From: an uncultured Acidobacteriota bacterium
GTDB taxonomy: Bacteria; Acidobacteriota; Terriglobia; Acidiferrales; UBA7541
Assembly: GCA_963741045.1 (NCBI GenBank)
Contig: CAVUGO010000006.1
Coordinates: 72,934-136,933, forward strand
Direction: 5' to 3'
DNA: 64,000 bases
The translations under genes were made by a program, and so were the position numbers. The first letter of the stretch is position 1. Every line of letters starts with the position of its first letter. The notes under the pieces are model-generated. The model ran no database searches and had not been told where the DNA came from. It saw only the letters and a program-made list of their open reading frames with translations. Below are positions 1 through 10,658 of the stretch, piece by piece.

Positions 1-1194
1 TTTTGCGCCGCACCTGTGCCCTGAAGAATCTCAATTGCCTTCTTCACGGCAGGGTCATCCGGCGAAACGGCTCCGGAAGGAGGCGCTTGGTCTTGATCGT
101 TGCCAGCAACCGTGTCGTCGGCGGGTTTCAGCTCGACCGTAGGCGCAACGCCATCCGCAGGAATCTCTTTTCCGCCGGGTGTGTAATAGGTCGCAACCGT
201 CAAAATCAGCGCTGATCCATCGTCAAGCTGAACGAGCTTCTGCATGGACGCCGTGCCATACGTGCGGCTTCCGATCGCATCGCCGCGATGGTTGTCTGCA
301 ATCGCGCCTGCAAGAATCTCCGCAGCTCCGTCCGTACCGTTTCCGATGAGCACAGTCATCGGCTGCGACCACGCTACCTTCGATCCGTCGGAAGACGACA
401 CTACCGGCGAGATCGTCTGCCCCTTCAAAGTGGTGATTGTGCCGGAGGGCAGAAAGAGCTGCGCCGTCGCAACTCCCTCTGAAATATCTCCGAATGCGCA
501 ATCACGCAAGTCGAGGATCAGCTTGTGTGCGCCCTGATGCTCAAACTGCACGAGCTTTTCGCGAATCTGCTTCGCGGTTCCCGGTTCAAACTCGTGTACG
601 TGAAGATAGGCGATGTCACCCTGGATCTTATCTTCCACGATTTTTGGAGGCGCCAGCTTCGCCAACGTAATTTCCATATCCTGCGGTTCGGCTTTACCTC
701 GCCGAATCACCGAAAGCTTCACCACCGCTCCCGGTTCGCCAGTAAGCAACACCTGTGCCTGGTCCAAAGCCATCTGGCTCGTCGTAAACCCAGCTATCGA
801 TTCCATTAGATCGCCGATTCGCAACCCGGCCTTCTGCGCCGGGCTATCGGGTAAGACGGCGATCACGCCGATATAACCAAAACGCTTCGTGAGCGCGATG
901 CCGGCGGAGGCTTTCGCATGGTTCGCGCTCTTCTCTTTGTAGTCGGCATATTCAAGCGGACTGAGGTAGGCGGATTGGGGGTCGAGCGAATCGAGCAAGC
1001 CGTGGAGCGCGCCGCTGGTCACTTGGTGCATATTGGGGTCGTCCACATAGTCCCGCTGAATGTGCTCGAGCACTTCACTGTAAACCGTCAGGGCGTGAAA
1101 GGCTTTGTCATCAGAGGCTCGCGCTCGTACGTACCCGGCCGCGACATACGCCATAATCAGAACCGACACCGCGACCACGATTTTTCTCGCCATG
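1..1194 (-). CDS. S41-family C-terminal processing peptidase homologue with PDZ domain (3' end beyond window)
   Basis: Not in the ORF track because there is no stop inside the window. Hand translation of the minus strand from ATG 1194-1192 gives MARKIVVAVSVLIMAYVAAGYVRA (signal anchor), PDZ-like SPAQKAGLRIGDLMESIAG, and S41 blocks VLIGNGTDGAAEILAGAIAD and GSRTYGTASMQKLVQLDDGSALILTVATYYTPGGKEI. The + strand ORFs here are short shadows. Confidence 0.8.
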
Positions 1195-1411
1195 GAATTC
1201 ATTCTGTTTTCCTCGACTCCGCCGTAACCACCCATCCCTGTGATGCGAGCTAAGCAGCGCTGGTTTCAAATCGCAAAACCGCTACCCATTATAATGGCTT
1301 TGGGCCGCAGTGTTTAGACGGATTCACGGCTGGATCGTTTACCCCGGGGAATATCGCCCGGGTCCGCACAAACCTAGTCACTACTGATATTTACGGACTT
1401 CGCAGCAGCAG

Positions 1412-2401
1412 TTACTTGTGGGCAAAAGTATGACGCCCAGCCGGAACCTCAAAAGCATCCGGGTTCGCAACGGGCGTCGCAGCCGTTATGTACGTTTGCG
1501 AAATGCGGTCCTGCCACGTGAAATGATCCTCGTCCCAAAGCGCCCATAGAAAACCGAGAGTCAGCGTCGCCCCCGAAAGTACATATCCGAAGCTGCGCCA
1601 CAGAAGTTGCCGCGTTTCCGGAAGCGTCCCATCGAGTCGCACAATCGTCAGGCCTTTCAGCTGCATGCCCGGCGTCGCTCCTGCAACCGTCGTAAACAGA
1701 AAAAAATATTGCGCGTACAACAGAAAGAAAGTCGTCGCGTATACGATCGCATCCACTTTCTGCAACATCAGTTCTCCTCCAAGCGACCGGAAAAGCCCCA
1801 GAAATCCCGCGTACGTAACGATTAGGAAGATCGCATCGAGCACGCCGGCCACGCGACGTTCCCCGAGCCCGGCCACAGGGACCAAAGCCGTTTGCGGATG
1901 AGCCCGGTCGTCTGGCGAACTCGAAAAATCGAGTTCCGGCTGAATGCGAATTTCCATCCGCTCGGTGTGCCGCGGACGAGGATTCGCGCGTGGACGCGGA
2001 CGTTCTGGAACAGGAATTTCCTCTTCGAATTCAGGCTCGCGAACGAAAGGAAGACCCGACTGGGGATCGTCAGGACGAAGGCGGCGACGGCGCACTCGAT
2101 ACTCCTCGAGACGACGGCTCACTTCACGGCGCCATTCCGGTTCGGGTTCGGTTTCCTGATGAGTCGCGCCGGCCGCGACGGGTTGCGGAACGACGCTATC
2201 CTCTGCGACAAGCGGTCCGTCACAGAACGAGCATGTATCGGTGTCTTCGAGCAGCAAGGCACCACACTTCGGGCATATCTGTATCACTGGTCCGTTTTGC
2301 GCTGCGGAAGTTCCAGTGAGGAACGGCCGTAATGTTAACACGATCGCATTCGCGCAAACCATCGCAGTTGTGGCGTCTGACAAATGTCGCGTATCAGGCA
2401 A
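1412..2401 (-). CDS. RDD-family membrane protein with N-terminal zinc-ribbon
   Basis: CPKCGALLLEDTDTCSFCDGPL zinc ribbon, an Arg/Pro/Glu-rich linker, and a C-terminal RDD-like TM domain (GATPGMQLKGLTIVRLDG...WDEDHFTWQDRISQTY). The start is uncertain (TTG 2401 or ATG 2362). Confidence 0.7.
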   Translation of the reverse strand: MPDTRHLSDATTAMVCANAIVLTLRPFLTGTSAAQNGPVIQICPKCGALLLEDTDTCSFCDGPLVAEDSVVPQPVAAGATHQETEPEPEWRREVSRRLEEYRVRRRRLRPDDPQSGLPFVREPEFEEEIPVPERPRPRANPRPRHTERMEIRIQPELDFSSSPDDRAHPQTALVPVAGLGERRVAGVLDAIFLIVTYAGFLGLFRSLGGELMLQKVDAIVYATTFFLLYAQYFFLFTTVAGATPGMQLKGLTIVRLDGTLPETRQLLWRSFGYVLSGATLTLGFLWALWDEDHFTWQDRISQTYITAATPVANPDAFEVPAGRHTFAHK

Positions 2402-2571
2402 CCCGCATTAGGGCGCTTACTTCTCATCCGTGCGAGCCTTAAACCGTGGATGCTTCGCACTATTGCGTTTACAAATACCCGGAGGCGCAACTTTTTACAG
2501 CGCCGATTGCGACCACTCAGGGCGCGTGTTAGGCTCAATTCTCTTTTTTAAGCAGCTCTAATTCTCAGGCG

Positions 2572-4938
2572 ATGCCGAGCGCGATAGTCTCAAAAGCTCT
2601 TCGTAAGTTCGCTTCATCCATCACGCTAACTCTGATTTTATTTTCATTGGGCGATCGTGCGTTCGGTCAAACAGCAGTAACACCCTCTGCTAAGGCCGTT
2701 TCAAAAAAGGCATCTCAGAGCCCAACGAAGTCTTCGCCTCAGCGGCCAAACGAGGGAGGTGTCGCCGCCCTCGAGGCCGATCAGCAGCGCCAGGTAGGCA
2801 AAATCTTTTACGCCGATGGCCACGTTGACGTTCGCTACCAGAACTACCGCATCCGCGCCGACCACGCCGAATACAACAGCGAAACGGGAGTAGTGAACGC
2901 CAAGGGCAACGTTCAACTCGATTATTTGACCCAGCACGTCGAAGCGGACGACCTGCGATACGAACTACAGACGGGCCACGCACTGCTTCACCACGTGCGC
3001 GCCACCTTCGCCTTGCAGCGCCGCCCTACGCCCACGCTTCTCATCAGCCCCAACCCGCTCTCCTTCGAATCCGAAGAGGCTGAACGGATCAACGAGAACA
3101 CATACCGAATCCGAAAAGCGTGGCTCACAGTGTGCGATCCGGACAAGCCAACGTGGAAGTTTTATGCGCCGGTCGCAACCGTTTACCTGCGGAAGTCGGT
3201 CCATCTGGAGAATGGCAACTTCCGAATTCGCTCGATCCCGGTGCTCTATCTGCCCTATGCCACTTTCCCAGCGGAGCGTCGGCGCGATTCCGGATTCATG
3301 ATTCCGGATATTGGCGACAGCAATCGAAAAGGCCTCGTCTTGGGTGAGGCTTTCTATTGGGCGCCCACGGACTGGGCCGACGCAACTGTGGGCGCCTCCT
3401 ATTTCAGCAAACGCGGCTGGAGCGAGACGGGAAATATCCGGATGCGGCCTTGGGAAAATGCCCGGCTCGATGTGAGCTACTTCGGAGTGATGGACCGAGG
3501 TCTTCCGCAGCCCGAAGGACCTCCCATCAACCAGGGTGGGCACGAAATCCACCTGAAATTCGTCTCCGATCTGCCCGACGGATGGCGCGCCGTTGCCGAT
3601 CTGAACGAGCTCTCTTCCCTCGAGTTTCGGCTGGCGTTCGGCGAGACCTACACGCAAGCCGTCAATTCAGAAGTCCCCAACACTGCATTTCTCAACAATG
3701 ACTTCAAGGGCTACAGCTTCGGCGTGGCTGCTTTGGGGTACGAAAACTTCCTAAGCGCTTCGCCCCAAACACAGATACGGCTACGAACTGCTCCGGAGGC
3801 GAATTTCAGCTCCGTTGATCAGGCGCCTTTTCACAATCTGCCGATCTATTTTTCCTTCGAGACTTTCGTGGGGGCTGAACACCGGGAAGAGAACATCACT
3901 CCTTTCTCCACTCCGGGCTTTGTGGAACGAAGCGAGATTGCACCCACGGTTACGATCCCGTTCCACTGGGGACCTTGGCTCGACGTCACCCCGATGTTCA
4001 CTCTTCGCTCCACGCACTACGGTGGGCAACTCTTGAACGGGGCATTTGTGGGCGAGGGGTTCTTCCGTACTACCGAAGAATTCTCACTGGATATACGCCC
4101 GCCTACGCTCGAACGCGTCTGGGGCAACTCGAACACGAAATGGAAACACGTGATCGAGCCGGACATTACCTACCAACTCGTCAACGGAGTGAACAATTTC
4201 GGCCGTTTCGTGCGTTACGATGAAGACGAAACCCTCACGGACACGAACGAAATCGAGTACGGAATCACACAGCGCTTCTATCGCCGGAAAGGAGACGCTG
4301 ACGCTGAGGAGTTTCTCAGCTGGCGAGTCGTCCAGAAATATTTCTTCGATCCCACCTTTGGCGGCGCACTCATTCCCGGCCAGCGAAACGTGTTCCAGAC
4401 CCTCGACGCTCTCACCGCTTTCGCCTTCGCCGATGAGCCGCGGAATTTTTCTCCCATCGTGAGCGACCTGCGAATCATGCCGGGGAAACATTGGGATGTT
4501 CAGTTTCGCGTGGATTACGATCCAAAACGCGGCAATGCCACTGCAATCGGCACGTTATTGAAACTCCGGCCCTACAAAGAGTCGTTCCTCACTCTGGCGC
4601 ACTTCTCCACCACGAATCTTCCAACACCTCTTTCCGAGAATCCTCCGGGCTTCGTTTTTCAGTCGCGCTCGAACCAGGTGCGCGCTCTTCTCGGCTACGG
4701 CGACTTGAACCGCCGCGGCTGGAACGCCACCGTCGGCGCCAGCTACGATCTCACTCAGAACGTCTTTCAAAATCAGGTGGTGCAGGTGGGATACAACGGT
4801 TCGTGTTGCGGTCTGGGATTCGAATACAGGCGGCTTTCGTTCGCGAACATCCGAAACGAAAATCAGTATCGCATCGTGCTTCTAATCGCCAATATCGGCT
4901 CAGTCGGAAATCTCCGGCGCCAGGAAAAAATCTTCTAG
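2572..4938 (+). CDS. lptD: LPS-assembly outer-membrane protein LptD (OstA family)
   Basis: 788 aa with a signal peptide and an OstA-like N-terminal domain (FYADGHVDVRYQNYRIRADHAEYNSETGVVNAKGNVQL). A long beta-barrel region follows, ending in a terminal aromatic (..RRQEKIF). Confidence 0.8.
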   Translation: MPSAIVSKALRKFASSITLTLILFSLGDRAFGQTAVTPSAKAVSKKASQSPTKSSPQRPNEGGVAALEADQQRQVGKIFYADGHVDVRYQNYRIRADHAEYNSETGVVNAKGNVQLDYLTQHVEADDLRYELQTGHALLHHVRATFALQRRPTPTLLISPNPLSFESEEAERINENTYRIRKAWLTVCDPDKPTWKFYAPVATVYLRKSVHLENGNFRIRSIPVLYLPYATFPAERRRDSGFMIPDIGDSNRKGLVLGEAFYWAPTDWADATVGASYFSKRGWSETGNIRMRPWENARLDVSYFGVMDRGLPQPEGPPINQGGHEIHLKFVSDLPDGWRAVADLNELSSLEFRLAFGETYTQAVNSEVPNTAFLNNDFKGYSFGVAALGYENFLSASPQTQIRLRTAPEANFSSVDQAPFHNLPIYFSFETFVGAEHREENITPFSTPGFVERSEIAPTVTIPFHWGPWLDVTPMFTLRSTHYGGQLLNGAFVGEGFFRTTEEFSLDIRPPTLERVWGNSNTKWKHVIEPDITYQLVNGVNNFGRFVRYDEDETLTDTNEIEYGITQRFYRRKGDADAEEFLSWRVVQKYFFDPTFGGALIPGQRNVFQTLDALTAFAFADEPRNFSPIVSDLRIMPGKHWDVQFRVDYDPKRGNATAIGTLLKLRPYKESFLTLAHFSTTNLPTPLSENPPGFVFQSRSNQVRALLGYGDLNRRGWNATVGASYDLTQNVFQNQVVQVGYNGSCCGLGFEYRRLSFANIRNENQYRIVLLIANIGSVGNLRRQEKIF

Positions 4939-4945
4939 CTGCAAA

Positions 4946-6361
4946 ATGCTCGCACGTTCAGAATCCGAGCTGGCTTTTCTTTCCATCGAGCAGGCCGCGC
5001 GCTTGCTCTGCAAGAGGGATATCTCGTCCTCCGATCTCGTCGAGCTGGCGCTAACGCGAATCGAACAATTCAATCCGGCCCTTAATGCGTTCATTTCCGT
5101 GGCTGCCGATCGCGCCCGTGCGGACGCTCGCCGTGCTGAAAAGCAATTGCGCAGGCGCGGCACCACAAGTCCGCTCTGCGGCATTCCTGTAGCGATCAAA
5201 GACAATTTCTTTACTCGCGGCATTCGCACCACCGCCGGCTCACCAATCCTTTCGGATTTCGTTCCCGATACAGACAGTGACGTCGTCCAAAAACTCAGGC
5301 ACGCCGACGCCATCGTGCTCGGCAAAACCAACATGCACGAATTCGCCTACGGTATCACCAATGAGAATCCGCATTACGGCCCGGCGCGGAATCCATGGGA
5401 TCTCGATCGCGTAACAGGTGGCTCGAGTGGAGGATCGGCGGCTGCTCTCGCGATGGGAATTGGATACGCCGCCACCGGCACGGACACCGGCGGCTCGATA
5501 CGCATTCCCTCGGCGCTCTGCGGGATCGTCGGACTGAAACCCACGTTCGGTCTCGTCAGCGTAGAAGGTGTTGTGCCGCTCGCGAGAACGCTCGATCACG
5601 CAGGTCCAATGGCCCGCGGCGTCACGGACGTCTGCATCATGCTCGAGGCAATCGCGGGCAATTATCATCGAGGCGCCATCCGCCCTGATTACCGGAAGCT
5701 CCGCAAGATCCGCCCCCGCAAATTCCGAATCGGCTGGCCCGAACAATATTTTTTTGAGAGCATCGATCGAGAAGTGCAGGCCGCGATCGAATCCGCGGCG
5801 AAATGTTTGAAGTCCCTCGGTGCGACGATCACGGACGTTTCGCTACCAAGCCTCGATCAGTCCGTCGAACCCAGCACCAACATAGCGCTCGCCGAAGCGA
5901 CTCAGTACCACGAATCGAAGGGTTATTTTCCGGCGCAGGCGAGCAAATATAGCGACGACGTTCGGCACAGGCTCGAGATCGGCCGCAAGGTGCTGGCGGC
6001 TGATTACCTCCACGCTTTCGACGTGAAACGAAAAATCACTCAGGAATTCGATACGGTTTTTGAAGATGTAGACGCGATCCTCGCGCCCACTCTTCCTATC
6101 GCCGCGTCACGTATCGGTGAGAAAGAAGTCGTAATCGGCGGAGAAAAAGAAACCGTGCGGTCTGCCTTCGTGCGCTTGAATCGGCCCGCCAATCTCACGG
6201 GCCATCCCGCAATTTCGATTCCGTGCGGCTTCACGCGCGCCGGTTTGCCGATCGGTCTGCAATTGATCGGGGCACATTGGAGCGAAGCGCGATTGCTCTC
6301 CATCGCGCTGGCCTACGAAGACGCCACCGAATGGCACAAGCGACGCCCCCAACTCGCATAG
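4946..6361 (+). CDS. Amidase-signature family enzyme (GatA-like amidase)
   Basis: Amidase signature [12 protein letters not shown], plus [16 protein letters not shown] and KDNFFTRG blocks. Confidence 0.8.
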   Translation: MLARSESELAFLSIEQAARLLCKRDISSSDLVELALTRIEQFNPALNAFISVAADRARADARRAEKQLRRRGTTSPLCGIPVAIKDNFFTRGIRTTAGSPILSDFVPDTDSDVVQKLRHADAIVLGKTNMHEFAYGITNENPHYGPARNPWDLDRVTGGSSGGSAAALAMGIGYAATGTDTGGSIRIPSALCGIVGLKPTFGLVSVEGVVPLARTLDHAGPMARGVTDVCIMLEAIAGNYHRGAIRPDYRKLRKIRPRKFRIGWPEQYFFESIDREVQAAIESAAKCLKSLGATITDVSLPSLDQSVEPSTNIALAEATQYHESKGYFPAQASKYSDDVRHRLEIGRKVLAADYLHAFDVKRKITQEFDTVFEDVDAILAPTLPIAASRIGEKEVVIGGEKETVRSAFVRLNRPANLTGHPAISIPCGFTRAGLPIGLQLIGAHWSEARLLSIALAYEDATEWHKRRPQLA

Positions 6362-6381
6362 GCGCGCGTCCCTGGTCATCT

Positions 6382-7368
6382 TTACTCAGCAATGTCAGCT
6401 AACGCACCTCTTCGCTCCATCAGCCAGCTTCCCGCCGCAAAGCCAAGCGCGCCCACAACAATTCCCGCCAGCACATCCGCAATGTAGTGGTAGCGGCCGT
6501 AGACAGTGGACACACACATGCTGACGAAAAACGGCAGGCACACCCAGAAAAGCCAGCGACGGTACCGCCATGACGCGAGAATTGCCACTGTCGACCCAGC
6601 CACATGGGCCGACGGAAACGCGCCTCCGTGCACACGTCCGAACCGCTCGATGAATTCGATTGCCGCGGTGAAGTATCCGCCGTTGAGCGGGGTCGTATTC
6701 ATCGCGGCTAGCGCGTGATAGGGGCTTTCGATGGGAAAAAGCACCGCGATAAAATAGACTGTATAGTTCGCGACCGCGGTCGAAACCATCACGTTCCAGA
6801 ACGCAATTCGGTCCTTTCGCGCATACAGAATCGCGGGAAGGATCACCAGGTACAAGAAATACGTCATGTACGCAAATTGCATGAAATCGTTCAGCGCCGG
6901 ATTCGAAAATCGCGCCAGCCACACGGAAGGATGCACGCCCGCGAAATTGAAATCGAATTGAATCAGCCAGCGATCAAACCAGCCCGGGAAAATCGCGTGC
7001 ACCAGCCCCTGCAACTCCTCGAAGAAAAATATGTAGAGGGGCAGCGGGTACCAATCGCGCGCGAAAAGCAGCACTCGATTCCGGGAATGTGCGGCAGCCC
7101 ACGCCACACAGATAATTCCGAGAGCGATCCAGCAGTGAATCACAAAGTACTGCGCAGCATGAACCACGTTGCGATGACACAGCGCCAGCATCGCATTCAG
7201 CCACGCGAGATATACAAACGTCACCCACTCGAAAGCGCCGAGCGCCCGCCGGATATCATCGAATGACCGCGACGAATTGTCGTCGGCCCGCGCCTGCACT
7301 GCAGCAGGCCATTCCACAGTTTCTTCGGAGGCTATTTCGGGCGCCGCCGCTGGCTCGCAAGAGTTCAT
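6382..7368 (-). CDS. PAP2-superfamily membrane protein (Aur1/PAP2_3-like phosphotransferase)
   Basis: Polytopic TM protein with PAP2 C2/C3-like motifs FPSAHVAGS and GRYHYIADVLAG. I trimmed the start to ATG 7368, which overlaps the upstream stop as ATGA (7365-7368). Confidence 0.65.
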   Translation of the reverse strand: MNSCEPAAAPEIASEETVEWPAAVQARADDNSSRSFDDIRRALGAFEWVTFVYLAWLNAMLALCHRNVVHAAQYFVIHCWIALGIICVAWAAAHSRNRVLLFARDWYPLPLYIFFFEELQGLVHAIFPGWFDRWLIQFDFNFAGVHPSVWLARFSNPALNDFMQFAYMTYFLYLVILPAILYARKDRIAFWNVMVSTAVANYTVYFIAVLFPIESPYHALAAMNTTPLNGGYFTAAIEFIERFGRVHGGAFPSAHVAGSTVAILASWRYRRWLFWVCLPFFVSMCVSTVYGRYHYIADVLAGIVVGALGFAAGSWLMERRGALADIAE

Positions 7369-8084
7369 CGAGCTTCCTTGGGAGCTAGGGCCGCATTTTC
7401 CATTTGTTTCTTTTCCAACCTCGAAGAGCTCCAGTGGTAAACGGGCCAGCCTCCTTTCAGAGCTTCGCGCTTCAGACTCCAAGAAGCGTTTACTGCCGCA
7501 GGATGCCCCACGGCTTCAAGCATTCGTATGTCTGACATTTCATTCCCGTACGCAAAACTCTTGAGGAGGTCGAGGTCGAACTCCTCCGCGTCTTCACGTA
7601 TCACTCGCGCCTTCTCTTCGAAACTCAGGTGTGGGCCGGAAAGCCGCCCCGTAAAACAGCCGTCCTGCATTTCGAGCTTCGTCGCGCGTACTTCGACGCC
7701 GCGCGGCAGGTGATTGGTAATAGCGTGCGCTAGCGGCGCGAGCGTCCCCGTGACAACCACGACCCTATGCCCACATTCGACATGCTGGCGCATACGATCG
7801 ATTCCTTCCACGAACAACGGAAGCGTTCCATGCGTAATCGTTTTCGCCCACTCTCCGACAATTGATTCGCGAATTCCGGTGAGATAATGCTTGTTTGCGA
7901 ATACCCCGTATCGCCCACGATTCAGCAGAGTTGTCGTTGACTGCAGCACCCACCGCGCCACGTTCTTCGTCGTGATTTCGTCACGTTCAAGCAGGTAGCC
8001 AAAGAAACGCCACTCAAGCGACGGCGGCGCGAGTAGAGTCCCGTCGAGATCAAAGAAAGCGCCGATTTCTCCCGGCGTATTCAT
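7365..8084 (-). CDS. HAD-IB family hydrolase/phosphatase
   Basis: N-terminal FFDLDGTLL motif I, VVVVTGT motif II, and distal GNEMSD motif. Confidence 0.75.
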   Translation of the reverse strand: MNTPGEIGAFFDLDGTLLAPPSLEWRFFGYLLERDEITTKNVARWVLQSTTTLLNRGRYGVFANKHYLTGIRESIVGEWAKTITHGTLPLFVEGIDRMRQHVECGHRVVVVTGTLAPLAHAITNHLPRGVEVRATKLEMQDGCFTGRLSGPHLSFEEKARVIREDAEEFDLDLLKSFAYGNEMSDIRMLEAVGHPAAVNASWSLKREALKGGWPVYHWSSSRLEKKQMENAALAPKEAR

Positions 8085-8088
8085 CGCG

Positions 8089-8748
8089 TCAATTCATCTC
8101 AACGGCGGCCCGTGTCGCAGCAGCGCTCGAGCTCGTCAGATACCGGCGCCCATCCCAGATCACAGGAATTGCGCGGATCACGCAGAATGCAGCCGTCGCC
8201 ATCACCAACCCTTGCCCGGCCCCGGAAAGCCACTGCCGCGAATTCGCATCGAACCATGTAGCCGGAAGCTGCGGCAGCGGCAGAAGCAATCCGAGATAGC
8301 AGAAGCACGCGCACTTTAGCGCTGCATAGGCCGCGCGGCTCGGCCGAGAAGCCACCAGGCTTCGTCCCCACCACGTCTCGATCATCGAATCTCGACCGAA
8401 CCCGCTGCGTCCGCTTCGCGCTGCAAGGCTCCGCAGAAAATCTGTAAGCGTTCCCCGCACGAAGAACAGCACCGGAATCCAAAACGAAATCAATCCTGTG
8501 GCAGCAAAAAAGGTGAAGAAGAGATTCTCCACCACTCGGTCGCCCAAAATGTCCAACTGCGCGCCAAGCGGCGTCGCAAGATTTCGCTTTCGCGCGATGT
8601 AACCGTCCACACCGTCAAGCGCGATGGCCGCGATCGTTAACAGAATCGCCGTCACGTCCGCCAGCAGCACATCGTGCCCGAGTGTGAAGAGCGCCACAGC
8701 GGCAAAGGCTGCAACCACGCGCGCTGCGGTCACCTGATTTGGCGTCAT
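8089..8748 (-). CDS. CDP-alcohol phosphatidyltransferase family protein
   Basis: Family motif DGVDGYIARKRNLATPLGAQLDILGDRV (D-G-x2-A-R-x8-G-x3-D-x3-D) in a multi-TM protein. Confidence 0.8.
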   Translation of the reverse strand: MTPNQVTAARVVAAFAAVALFTLGHDVLLADVTAILLTIAAIALDGVDGYIARKRNLATPLGAQLDILGDRVVENLFFTFFAATGLISFWIPVLFFVRGTLTDFLRSLAARSGRSGFGRDSMIETWWGRSLVASRPSRAAYAALKCACFCYLGLLLPLPQLPATWFDANSRQWLSGAGQGLVMATAAFCVIRAIPVIWDGRRYLTSSSAAATRAAVEMN

Positions 8749-9121
8749 CGCACTCTCCTCGATTCATCGCGAAGCCGTCGCGCTGAGTTATCTCCAGAAA
8801 AAGAAAGAGCCCGCATCGCTCGCGGCAAATTTCTTTGCCGTTCCCGGCTCCAGCGTGCGGGCCCTCCACCCCGCAAAATGCATTTGGCATGCCACCGCAG
8901 CGGGGAGCTTAAGGTAATGCCTTCAATCGTTTGCGGACGCTCTCGATAGTGACCCTTCCTTTCAATTGTCGAGTCTTTGCGCCACCTGTCGCCTTTCCCC
9001 TCGTCCTCCGACGCGCACAAAAAGCGCGGCGCGCGTCTAACGGATGTGGGAAAATTCCAAGTTCTGTTTCGAGCGTGCGAGACGCTGCATCCAATCACAT
9101 GAAAAAGGCGTACGAAAACTG

Positions 9122-9985
9122 ATGGAAGTTTCGATCTTTGCGGCATTCGTTGCAGGACTCGTATCGTTCCTCTCGCCGTGTGTGCTGCCGCTCGTGCCGG
9201 GCTACATTTCCATGCTTTCGGGTATTGGTGTTGAGCAGCTCAAGGAAGGAAACGCGCCGCGCGGCGGCCTGCTCTTATCGGCTGTCGCGTTCGTTCTTGG
9301 TTTCTCGATAGTTTTCGTTTCGTTCGGCGCTTCGGCCAGCGCAGTTGGGACCTTTCTCGTCCGCAATCGAAGCCTGCTCGCGCCGCTCGCCGGTTCATTG
9401 ATTGTTCTTTTCGGTTTGCACCTCGTTGGCTGGCTGGCGAAGATCACGATTCGAGCGGGGTTGCTGATTGGCGGATTGCTTGTCGCTTCGGGACTTGCTC
9501 TCACACTGCATCCCGGACTTTTCGGCGGATGGCTGAAGGCCATTCATTTCTTCTCCGTCTCGTTGATTTTTCTTCTCGGCCCCTCGCTCACGCGTTGGCT
9601 CAATCGCGACATCCGTTTCCAAAAACTCGGTGGGCAACCGGGCGCCGTCAGCGGTTTTCTGATGGGTTTCGCTTTCGCGTTCGGTTGGACGCCCTGCATC
9701 GGACCCATCCTTGCGGGCGTGCTCGCAATCGCAGCCACGCGCGAAACCGTCGGCCAGGGGATTTTTCTCCTCGCCTGTTATTCGGCTGGACTAGCGATTC
9801 CGTTTCTCGTCACCGCGCTTGGCATCGGCGGTTTCCTGCGCTTCTACCAGAAATTTCGCCGGCATCTACACACGGTGGAAGTCTTTAGCGGCGCTTTGCT
9901 TCTTGCCGTGGGCGGCCTCGTGTTTCTCAACCGGCTCACATGGCTTTCAGGTAAGCTTACTTTTCTGAATCGGTTCTCATGGTGA
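9122..9985 (+). CDS. ccdA: Cytochrome c biogenesis / thiol-disulfide electron transporter CcdA (DsbD beta-domain family)
   Basis: FLSPCVLPLVPGY and FGWTPCIGPIL, the two conserved membrane Cys motifs. Start trimmed to ATG 9122 (MEVSIFAAF...). Confidence 0.8.
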   Translation: MEVSIFAAFVAGLVSFLSPCVLPLVPGYISMLSGIGVEQLKEGNAPRGGLLLSAVAFVLGFSIVFVSFGASASAVGTFLVRNRSLLAPLAGSLIVLFGLHLVGWLAKITIRAGLLIGGLLVASGLALTLHPGLFGGWLKAIHFFSVSLIFLLGPSLTRWLNRDIRFQKLGGQPGAVSGFLMGFAFAFGWTPCIGPILAGVLAIAATRETVGQGIFLLACYSAGLAIPFLVTALGIGGFLRFYQKFRRHLHTVEVFSGALLLAVGGLVFLNRLTWLSGKLTFLNRFSW

Positions 9986-9999
9986 TGGGAGCGTTGCGA

Positions 10000-10566
10000 A
10001 TGACGAAGCTTTTCAAGATCTTATTTTTCTCAGCAGCGGTCGCGGCGATGGCCGTTAGCTTTACCGGCTGCAATTCGAAAAACTGGTTTAAAGCATCGGC
10101 ACAAGAGAATGGCGCTAGCAAAGGTCCGCTGCCCACCGCTCCGGATGCCACGTTCAAGAACTTAGATGGAAAGGACGTAACGCTTTCAAGCTTTAAAGGC
10201 AAAGTCGTCGTGCTCAATTTCTGGGCCACGTGGTGCGAACCTTGCCAGGTGGAAATTCCCTGGATGATCGAATTGCAGCAGAAGAATGCAGACAAAGGCT
10301 TCACGATCCTCGGAGCTGCGATGGACGATGAAGGCAAGAGCGTCGTTGAGCCATATGTGCAAAACACCGAGTTCGACGTGGACGGCCAGAAGATGAAAAT
10401 GAATTATCCGATTGTTCTGGGCAATGACGACATCGCCTCAAAGTTCGGAGGATTAATTGGTTTGCCCACAACGGTCGTGATCACGCGCGATGGGAAAATC
10501 GCGAAGAGATTTATCGGTCTGGCAAACCGCGAGCAACTTGAAAAGCAGGTTCGCGCGCTGCTCTAA
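10000..10566 (+). CDS. TlpA/ResA-like periplasmic thioredoxin lipoprotein
   Basis: Lipobox AVSFTGC and thioredoxin fold with active site FWATWCEPC. Start trimmed to ATG 10000. Confidence 0.8.
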   Translation: MTKLFKILFFSAAVAAMAVSFTGCNSKNWFKASAQENGASKGPLPTAPDATFKNLDGKDVTLSSFKGKVVVLNFWATWCEPCQVEIPWMIELQQKNADKGFTILGAAMDDEGKSVVEPYVQNTEFDVDGQKMKMNYPIVLGNDDIASKFGGLIGLPTTVVITRDGKIAKRFIGLANREQLEKQVRALL

Positions 10567-10658
10567 TCGCCGCCGTCGCCAGCCACTCTTGCTCCTGCTC
10601 GCGTATCTGCTGTAACCTCCAAGAGTCACGATGCGAGAAGCGAGCGCGACAAAAACCT

